Shown: piece after piece, positions 36,017 to 46,076 of the stretch
How the letters are laid out: every line of letters starts with the position of its first letter
Numbering within the stretch: the stretch's first letter is position 1
Assembly: GCA_037447605.1 (NCBI GenBank)
Contig: CM074812.1
Location: forward strand, 2,914,001-2,978,000
DNA: 64,000 bases
Direction of reading: 5' to 3'
From: Zygnema circumcarinatum SAG 698-1b
Taxonomy: Eukaryota; Plantae; Zygnematophyceae
Position numbers and translations under genes: made by a program
Notes under the pieces: model-generated
What the model was told of the DNA's origin: nothing
The model's database searches: none
The model's input: only the letters and a program-made list of their open reading frames with translations

Positions 36017-39000
36017 ATGGCCGCGAGAGTTCGAACCTCGCCAAGGTAAGCAAAAGACGAGAATGAATGCCGGCGGCGTTTGCAAGGCCTTGCAAGGCGG
36101 GTTTTAGCTTTTCTACGGTTCGGGGTTCGGGGTTCAAGGTTGGGGCTTTAGGGCTACTTATTATGGCGCTTTGAAGGGGGGACCAGTGGCGCTGGGTAGA
36201 GAGGAGGGGGAGAGGAGGGAAAGAGGTGGGGGAGAGTGGTAATGGCTGCCATTAGGGCTATGAGGTTAGGGATCGAAGTGGCTGACATTGGTATTAAGTA
36301 AAGGCTGATGTTGGGGCGAAGGGGATGGGGGTTGAGATATATATATATATATATATTGGTGCGTTTTCGCATTTGCTTATATGGTTTTTGGGGTTTTTGG
36401 GATTTGGGTTTTTCAATGTTTGGGGTTTTGGGGGTTCAGAGGATTAAAAGTGTGGTCGGCATCGCTCGTCCTCTTCGTTGTGCTGATCTCAATGTGCGCG
36501 CAAGCGACGGCGGATGGACGTAAGGAGGGACTGGGAGGGAGGAAGGGAGGGGAGGGNNNNNNNNNNGAGGGAGGGGAGGGAGGGGAGGGGAGGGAGGTTT
36601 GTACTTGCATTGCTTTTCTCCTCTCAACTTCACAAGAATCGAAAACTACTCCATCAGTCTCTTCCCTTCACTCATTCACTTACTCATTACTTACTTACTC
36701 TCCCTCTCTCTCTCTTCCCGCAGTCTCACCAGTGTGCACCTTCCTAGAGGCGTATTCGATTTCGGGGTTCGACCTCTCAGTAAGTACCGCGAGTTCAAAG
36801 GAGAGGTGTTGCGCGCTTTGCAATGCGAACTCGGCCTGCGGCGCTTTCACGTACTACTACCAAACGCAGCAATGCTTTCTGAAGACTTCAGTGGGGCCCG
36901 GCGTTGTTGAGACGGACCCGGGAGTCGCCGTTTCAGGATTCTCTGGAGGTACGCACGCAGCTCCGTTTCGAAGCGATGGGGCTCTCCTGCTCTAAAGGAG
37001 GAGGCAAAGCTCTATATTGTGATGTATGCCGCTTGCATTGAAAGTTGTGATGTTTGGGGGTGAAGTGCTTCGAAGCCGTTTCACTGTCTTGTATGTGATC
37101 GAAAACTATGCTTAGCGATTCACCATAGTTCATGATATGACGATGGCGCTTTCAAACGATTAGAGCACACATTCAATTCAAAACAACGGATTTCAAATTT
37201 GTGAATTTGTCTACTTTTGTCGATGTGAACGCCGTTTCACTGCCTTATACGTGATCGAAAACTATGCTTAGCGTTTCGCCATAGTTCATGACATGATGAT
37301 GATGGCGTTTTCAAGCGAGTAGAACAGACATTCAATTCAAAACATCGGATTTCAAATTTGTAAATTTGCCTATTTTTGTCGATGTGAACGCGTGAATGAT
37401 AGCTTTGCTGGTTTTCTGCCTCTTCTTCCTTCTGATGCAGAAAATTTGGCCTTAGGCAAGCCGACAGATATGAGCTCAAGCAGCACTGACGGCAGCTACG
37501 GAGTGGACGGCTCTCCTTGGGGAGATGGTTTCGAAACCAACAAGCAATCGAACCCATGGTGGAGGGTCGACTTGGGAGCAGTCTATACTATCAACCGAGT
37601 GGAGATTTACAACAGGGGATGCTGCAACGACAAGAACTGCCCCCCTTGCCGACGGCGGCTCAACAAAGTTCAAGTCTTTCTCACCAACGGCATTGCAAGT
37701 GGAAACTCTCCATGGGATGATGAAGACAAAGAATGCGATTCGGGAGCCGTTTTTGATTACGATTCGGGGTCGTTTGGGTTTCCGTTCTTGAAGAGCTGCA
37801 CACTTTCTGGAAGATATGTTTGGTTGGTGTTGAAGACGAGCAACCAAGTTCTAAACGTCGCCGAAGTGCGCGTTGTTCGTGAAGGTACGCATTGAACAAT
37901 GATGAGATATATATATGATATAAGATATAATTGTAATGATAAGGTAACGTATAAGATTTCTTATCTTAAATATATCTTTAGATGATGTCATCTTATGCAT
38001 CAAAACAACGTCTCTCTGCGCACCTTACCTCGCCTCACCTCCACTCCTTCACTTTCCGGTACTTTCCAGGTTTCTTTACCGCGAGTAGTCTGCACATCAG
38101 TGAATCCTTGTCACAGAAGCTTCAATCTAACGATCACCAGACTGACGCTAATTTCGCTTTCCTGTATTGTTTCAGTCTCGTCTCCACCTCCATCACCACC
38201 ATCATTACCGCCTCCGTTTCCGCTTCCACCTCCTCGTTCACCCCCTCCCTCACCCCCTCGGTCACCCCCACCTTCACCCCCACCTTCATCACCTCCTTCA
38301 CCCCCTCCTTCACCACCTCCTTCACCTTCATCACCTCCTTCACCCCCTCCTTCACCACCTCCTTCACCTCCTCGGTCACCCCCTCCTTCACCCCCACCTT
38401 CATCACCTCCTTCACCCCCTCCTTCGCCACCTCCTTCACCCCCTCGGTCACCCCCTCCTTCACTCCCACCTTCATCACCACCTTCACCCCCTCCTTCACC
38501 ACCTCCTTCACCTCCTCGGTCACCCCCTCCTTCACCCCCTCCTTCACCCCCTCCTTCACCCCCTCCTTCCTTCACCCCCTCCTTCACCACCTCCTTCACC
38601 CCCTCGGTCACCCCCTCCTTCACCCCCCTTCACCCCCTCCTTCACCCCCTCCTTCACCCCCTCCTTCACCCCCTCCTTCACCCCCTCCTTCACCCCCTCC
38701 TTCACCCCCTCCTTCACCACCTCCTTCACCCCCTCCTTCACCCCCTCCTTCACCCCCTCCATCACCACCACCTTCGCCCCCTCCTTCACCACCACCTTCG
38801 CCCCCTCCTCCTCCTTCGCCCCCTCCATCACCACCACTTTCCCCCCTCCATCACCGCCACCATCACCCCCACTTTCACCCCCTCCTCCTTCACCCCCTCC
38901 ATCACCACCACCTTCGCCCCCTCCTTCACCCCCTCCTTCGCCCCTCCTTCGCCCCCTCCATCACCCCCTCCATCACCCCCTCCTTCACCCCCTCCTTCAC

Positions 39001-41777
39001 CCCCTCGGTCACCCCCTACTTCACCCCCTCCATCACCACCACCTTCGCCCCCTCCTTCACCTCCTCCTTCGCCCCCTCCATCACCACCACTTTCACCCCC
39101 TCCTTCACCCCCTCCTTCACCCCCTCCTTCACCCCCGGTCCTTCACCCCCTCCATCACCACCACCTTCGCCCCCTCCTTCACCCCCTCCATCACCACCAC
39201 TTTCACCCCCTCCTTTACCCCCTCCTTCACCACCACCTTCGCCCCCTCCTTCACCCCCTCCTTCACCCCCTCCTTCACCCCACCGCCTCCTCCACCCGCT
39301 CATCACCCCCTCCATCACCACCACCTTCGCCCCCTCCTTCACCCCCTCCATCACCACCACTTTCACCCCCTCCTTTACCCCCTCCTTCACCACCACCTTC
39401 GCCCCCTCCTTCACCCCCTCCTCCACCCCCTCCTTCGCCCCCTCCACCGCCTCCTCCACCCGCTCATTCACCCCCACCTTCACCACCTCCACCCCTTCCT
39501 CCACCGTCTCCGTCTCCCCCTCCTTCTCCCCCTCCACCCCTTCCTCCACCCTCGCCTTCACCCCCTCCACCCTCTCCTGCACCCCCTCCTTCACCCCCTC
39601 CACCCATTCCTCCACCGTCTCCGTCTCCCCCTCCTTCACCCCCTCCACCCCTTCCTCCACCCTCGCCTTCACCCCCTCCACCCTCTCCTGCACCCCCCCC
39701 TTCGCCCCCTCCACCCCTTCCTCCACCGTCTCCGTCACCCTCTCCTTCACCCCCTCCACCCCCTCCTTCACCCCCTCCTTCACCCCCTCCACCCTCTCCT
39801 GCACCCCCCCCTTCGCCCCCTCCACCCCTTCCTCCACCGTCTCCGTCTCCCCCTCCTTCTCCCCCTCCACCCCTTCCTCCACCCTCGCCTTCACCCCCTC
39901 CACCCTCTCCTGCACCCCCCCCTTCGCCCCCTCCACCCCTTCCTCCACCGTCTCCGTCTCCCCCTCCTTCTCCCCCTCCACCCCTTCCTCCACCGTCTCC
40001 GTTTCCCCCCCCTTCTCCACCTCCACCCCTCCACCCATTCCTCCACCGTCTCCGTCTCCCCCTCCTTCACCCCCTCCACCCCTTCCTCCACCCTCGCCTT
40101 CACCCCTCCACCCTCTCCTGCACCCCCCCCTTCGCCCCCTCCACCCCTTCCTCCACCGTCTCCGTTTCCCCCTCCTTCTCCCCCTCCACCCCTTCCTCCA
40201 CCCTCTCCTTCACCCCCTCCACCCTCTCCTGCACCCTCTCCTTCACCCCCTCCACCGTATCCTTCAGTCCCTCCACCCTATCCTTCTCCCCTCCACCCCT
40301 TCCTCCACCTCTCCTTCACCCCTCCACCCCTCCTTCACCCCTCCACCCTATCCTTCACCCCTCCACCCTCTCCTTCACCCCCTCCACCCACTCCTTCACC
40401 CCCTCCCCCTCCTTCACCCCCTCCACCCTTCCTTCACCCCTCCACCCTCTCCTTCACCCCCTCCACCCTATCCTTCACCCCCTCCTTCACCCCCTCCACC
40501 CTCCTTCACCCCCTCCACCCTATCCTTCACCCCCTCCACCCTCTCCTTCACCCCCTCCACCCTCTCCTTCACCCCCTCCACCCTCTCCTTCACCCCCTCC
40601 ACCCTCTCCTTCACCCCCTCCACCCTATCCTTCACCCCCTCCACCCTATCCTTCACCCCCTCCACCCTCCACCCCTCCACCCTATCCTTCACCCCCTCCA
40701 CCCTATCCCTCACCCCCTCCACCCTATCCTTCACCACCTCCACCCTATCCTTCACCCCCTCCACCCTATCCTTCACCCCCTCCACCCTCTCCTTCACCCC
40801 CTCCACCCCTTCCTCCACCCTCTCCTTCACCTCCTCCACCCTCTCCTTCACTCCCTCCACCGTATCCTTCAGTCCCTCCACCCTATCCTTCTCCCCCTCC
40901 ACCCTCTCCTTCACCCCGTCGCCCTCCCCCTCGTCGCCCTCCCCCCCGTCGCCCTCCCCCCCGTCGCCCTCCCCAAATCTCACTCTCCCCCACTTAGTCC
41001 CCCCTCCCCAGGCCTCATAAGTTCCACCACCACCACCTCGGCCTCCTCCCCCACAACTTTGTCAAACGCGTCCTCCCTCAGATCCTTCCCTTCCTGAACG
41101 TGAGTATGCATGTCCATTATAGCCTCTGTAGTGGACTTATCAGTGCACCCTCTACTCATACTTCAAAGCCCCATGACAATCGGTATGGCCACACTATATT
41201 GGCAACTATACATCAATATTGAGTACTGACAAGGATGGTGACTTTTTTTTGCTTTTTTTCTGACATCGAATGGTTGGGGTTGGTTGGTCTCCTCTTGCTC
41301 CACGCAGGGAACTTGGCTCTCCACAAACCCGCCATCCAATACAAAAGAAAATCTGACTGCAGCGACTGCTGGGCTGACAATGCAGTCGATGGCATTCTCC
41401 CTCCCAGTGGGATCGGCAGCGATGTTTGCGCATTCGCCGAATGGCGGTCGTTCCCATACTTCATGGTCGACCTCCAAGACTGCTACACCATCAGCCACGT
41501 CCTCCTCTACAGCCGAAACGATACTACTGCGCCCCACATTGTTCTCTCGCGCTTCGACTTCGTCCAAGTTTTTGTGGGCTCCTCTCCTCGTGGTTTCAAC
41601 GCCTCCACGAACGTCGAGTGCGGAGCGCAAGACGTGTACGTCTACAACAAGTCGCTGCGGAACAAAGCCTATCCTTTCAGAAAGAGCTGCAACAGCCTCC
41701 CCGGGCGGTACGTGTGGGTGGTTATTCCCGCCAGTCACTACTTGACCCTTTGTGAAGTCGAGGTGTACGGTACCTAG
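36017..41777 (+). CDS. Secreted modular protein, copy R (PAN/apple, F-type lectin, long extensin-like rod, F-type lectin); rod exon out of frame as assembled
   Basis: Exons 36017-36045, 36440-36519, 36724-36948 (PAN), 37441-37884 (lectin 1), 38176-41099 (rod, 2924 nt, not a multiple of 3; stop at 40997 in the entry frame) and 41308-41777 (lectin 2, ends YGT*). Domain exons are highly similar to copy L. Confidence 0.75.
37075..37389. repeat. About 157-bp tandem duplication in an intron of copy R (single copy in copy L)
   Basis: gccgtttcactg...ttttgtcgatgtgaac occurs twice in tandem, diverged. Confidence 0.8.
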
Positions 41778-42166
41778 GCGCGCTTCCGGAAGTCTGTGAC
41801 ATGTGTCACGCTTAAGGGAGTGCTTCCATATTCATGTGTGACATGTGTCACGTTCGATAGAGGCATTTGGAAGGAAGAGTTGTCTAAGGGTTCAAAGGAA
41901 CCCTAACAACCCTAAACCCTGAAAACCCTAAAATTAAGTCCATGTTGTATTTCACGTTTGTTTGTTGCTCGTAAGATGTAGAGGCGTGTTACAGTGCTAG
42001 AAGTTGTACCATTACAAGTTACAGAGTCTGATGCCGGGACGGCTGCTCGATGTCTCCGTACAGTATTGGAGGTGTTGAGAGTCGACGCAAATTGAAGGAC
42101 GCATTCATTATTATTTGTTAAGTACGACACTGCGAGGAAATAAAATTTCATTATCTTTTTTTTTTT

Positions 42167-42853
42167 GAAAATGATATTTCGCCCCCCTTTTTGGGTTATC
42201 CCGTAAATTGTTTTTGAAATCCCGCCCTTCCATTTTGGCTATTCCGCCCCATGTTTTGGATATCTCGCCCCTCCCCATTTTGGATATTCACCCCCCTGTT
42301 TTCTCCTCCTCACACCAACGGAACGTCCGTAAAGACACATTCGTAGAGAGAGAGAGCAGAGGAGAGTGCAGAGGAGAGAGCAAAGGAGAGATTAGAGAGG
42401 AGAGAGAGCAGAGGAGCGAGAGCAAAGGAGAGAGAGACTAGAGGAGAGAGAGCAGAGAGAGAGGGCAGAGGAGAGAGCAGAAGAGAGTGAGCAGAGGAGA
42501 GAGAGTAAAGGAGAGAGAGAGAGCAGAGGCGAGAGAGAGAGCAGAGGCGAGAGAGAGAGAGAGAGAGAGCAGAGGCGAGAGAGAGAGAGAGCAGAGGACA
42601 GAGAGCAGAGAGAGAGAGTGAGAAAGCAGAGGAGAGAGGGCAGATGAGAGAGAGCAGAAGAGAGAGAGAGAGCAGAGGAGAGACTAGTGGAGAGAGAGCA
42701 GAGTGACTAGTGGAGAGAGAGAGTGAGCGAGAGACAGCAGAGGAGAAAAAAAAATGGGTGGTGGGGGGGGGGGGCAATAGCCAAAATGGGAGGGCGGGAT
42801 TTCAAAAAAGGTGGGGCGGGATAACTCAACAAGGGGGTCGAAGTATCATTTTC
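42167..42853. mobile_element. MITE-like element with diverged terminal inverted repeats of about 90-130 bp and a GA-rich interior
   Basis: gaaaatgatatttcgccccc...tttgaaatcccgcccttccattttggctatt at left matches the reverse complement of aatagccaaaatgggagggcgggatttcaaaaa...ggggtcgaagtatcattttc at right. The TSD is ambiguous in T-rich flanks. Confidence 0.7.
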
Positions 42854-43517
42854 CATTTTTTTTTGGTTGTTAACTCCTTCGATACTGGTAACTGGACTTC
42901 CTTCGTTCCTTCCAAGTTAACCACCATGCACCACCACCCGAGGGTTCGAATGCAAAGCCATTGAGATCTTGGAACATGAATTTGTTGAACAAAGAACAAT
43001 TGCATGTTAAACTCACGCATGTTCAACTTCTCCAACAGTGTGTTTAGGTGCCCCCTTGAGTGCGCACAAAGCTGTAGCTGCCTCATAGAGTAAAGCTTAA
43101 GCCCTAGACTCCGCCTCACCTCGCTTCGCTTAGTTCTTCCTCTTTCCCTTCATTTAGTTTTTCCTTCAATTTAGTTTTTGTTCAAGTTTCGTTGGGTTTA
43201 GAGTTTGGTTTCCTATTTTATCGTCCATAATTGTGGGTCATTTTTTTTTTAATTTTTTTTTTAAATTCCTCGTTTCTTTCGTTCTGTTGAGTCAGTTCGG
43301 CCAACGAGGGTCTTTTGTCCAATGAAGAGTCATTTTTTATTTTTTATTTTTTATTTTTTTGGGCTTCAATGTCGCGATTGCGAATGTGAGATCGATTGCA
43401 ATCAAAGTCTATTAAGGAAAAGACATTCATAGAGCTCCGTAGGGTCCAGAAATTTTCGTCCGTACACTAATAGGTAAATTCGAAATGCACAAATTGAATG
43501 TCGTAGTACACACCATG

Positions 43518-43584
<67 letters not shown>

Positions 43585-43875
43585 CCTTTGTCTCTCTCTC
43601 ACACACACCCTCTCAGTGCACTACTCTCTTCTCTTAGCCTCCCCCTGCCACTACCTTATTGCACTATTCACAACTATCATAGGGACGAAGTATCGAAAAA
43701 AAAGGGAGCAAATAAGAAGGGGGGAGGGGGGGGGGGGGGGGTGGAAACTAAGGGGCAGAAGCAACGTGGGATGTACACAGAACGTTCAAATGACCTAATT
43801 CGCAACAAGACGAACCCTACAAAGGGTCCCGCCTACTTCTCTCTCTCTTTCTCTCTCTTTCTCTCTCTCTCTCTT

Positions 43876-44004
<129 letters not shown>

Positions 44005-44041
44005 CTGGCCATTTCTCTCTCCCTCTCTCTCTCTCTCTCTC

Positions 44042-44552
44042 TCACCTCTCCCTCCCTCTCTCCTCCCTCCTACCGCCCCCGAATCCCACCCTCGGGATGT
44101 ACCCGGTAGACTCCACCGGTTGGCTTTTCAAAGGAGGCGGCTGCGGTTTCGGCATACCTTCTGGAGAAGTTGTTTGTCTGCTTCCGGTTAAGCTCTCTTC
44201 CTTAGCCCTAAAATCACTTCTCCCGGTGGAGATGCGGGAGGCTCTCATAGGGGGGAGAGAGGGAGCCATTAGAGAGTAGTGGGAGGGAGCGGAATCGACC
44301 AATCCCGCAACTCCGGTGGAAGCAGAGAGAGCGTTGGTAGGGAGGAAGAGGTCGTGTTTTTGATCCTTGTAGGCGGCCCAGACCTGAAAATATTGTGAAA
44401 GAGAGAACATGAAAATTTTAGGACTTTCTCTTGCTGGCCATTTCTCTCTCCTTCTCTCTCTTTCTCTTGCTGGCCATTTCTCTCTCCCTCTCTCTCTCTC
44501 TTTCTCTCTCTCTCTTTTTCTCCCTCTCTCTCTCTCTCTTTCTCTCTCGCTT

Positions 44553-44625
<73 letters not shown>

Positions 44626-46041
44626 TTCTCTCTTTCTCTCTCTCTCTCTTTCTCTCTTTCTTTCTTTCTTTCTCTCTTCCCCCCCACCCTTTAAAAAAAA
44701 AGAATAAAAAAAGGGAGGGAGGGTATTGAGAAATTCACATCTGAAGAGTCGAGGAGTGTTTGAACTTTGGCGGAATGCGCGCCATCTGCAGAGAGGCCGC
44801 GCAGGACCTGCAAACCAAGGGGGGGGGTTGAGCAGTGGGATGGGAGAGAGAGGGAGGGGGGAGGAGAGAGAGGAGGGGAATGGAGAGTGGGAGAGGGGAG
44901 GAGAGAGGGGAGGGGAGAGGCAGGGGGACGGGGAGAGGAAGGGGGAAGGAGAGAGGGGGGAGGGGAGGGGGANNNNNNNNNNGTGGGAGAGGGGAGGAGA
45001 GAGGGAAGGGGAGAGGCAGGGGGAAGGGGAGAGGCAGGGGGAAGGGGAGAGGAAGGGGGAAGGAGAGGGAAGGGGGAGGGGAGAGGGAGGGGGGAGGGGA
45101 GTGAGAGGGGGGAGGAGAGTGGGAGGGGGAAGGGGAGAGGGGAGGGGAGAGAGAGTGGGAGGGGAATGGGAGGGAAGACAGACGGGAAGGGAGTGGAGGG
45201 GGTCAGGAGAGGGACGAGGGAGAGGGAGGAAGCTTATGGGCAGAGAGAGAGAAAGAAAGAGAGAGGGAGAGAGAGGGAGAGAGGTAGATATAAGCGGGAG
45301 CAGGCCATGCATCCTATGGGCTCTGAGGATTTAAAGATTTATTGAAAAATGGATTATTTTTCAGATTTTAATTTCCTTTTGGATTTTTGGACATACTTCA
45401 ATTGCAAGCACTCGACCAATGGCGGCTTCCGATTCGCCCCACTTCATTTGAACACTGATGGAATTTCGCCAATCCAATATTCCCAAAAGGACCTGCACAA
45501 GGCCCACCCTGACAAGCCAAAAAAAAAAAAAAAAAAAAAAAAAAGGGGGTGGGGGAGAAAAAAACTCCTATTTTCAGTATTGAGAATCTGCATTTTGTAA
45601 GAACAATAACTGAAGCTCTTTAATCGATGGGGTTTGATTCAATTCAAATAAATTGAATACAGTTCAACTTTCAATTCCAGTTTCGAGGTTCGGTATACTT
45701 TTCTATGCTACAGTTCAGGTCCAGTTCTCAGTTTCACTTCAGTTCAATTTCAGTCCCAGTTTTCTTTAGTTCAGTCAAAATTCAGTTTACATCCAGTTTC
45801 ACCACTTCGGTCAATTTCAGTTCAGTTTCAGTTAAGTCCCACTTTCAATTCAGTTCCGTTGATTCCAGTTCCCTGTCAGTTTCAGTTTCAGTTCCAGTTC
45901 CGTTCGCAACCTGAGGCCCTGCGAAACCACGAAATCTCGCGCGCGGTTCTCTGCAGAAACCAAACGTTTGAGAGTCTCCAGAGAGAGGACCCCTCCTCCC
46001 GCCCACCCTATCGCACGCAATAGCAGCACCACGATCTGCAG

Positions 46042-46076
<35 letters not shown>

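Noticed and set aside
37982-41097. His-rich (HPLL)n and Thr/Ser (TPSF)n ORFs of about 1000 aa as separate genes
   Set aside because: They are alternative frames of the SPPP rod; splice phase and the intact copy L select the SPPP frame.
41795-41810. Resemblance to the bacterial CRP site (TGTGA-N6-TCAC)
   Set aside because: Eukaryotic intron-containing context with no sign of bacterial DNA; treated as coincidence.
42826-43119. 97-aa minus-strand ORF
   Set aside because: Non-ATG start, runs into the MITE terminus, no recognisable motif.
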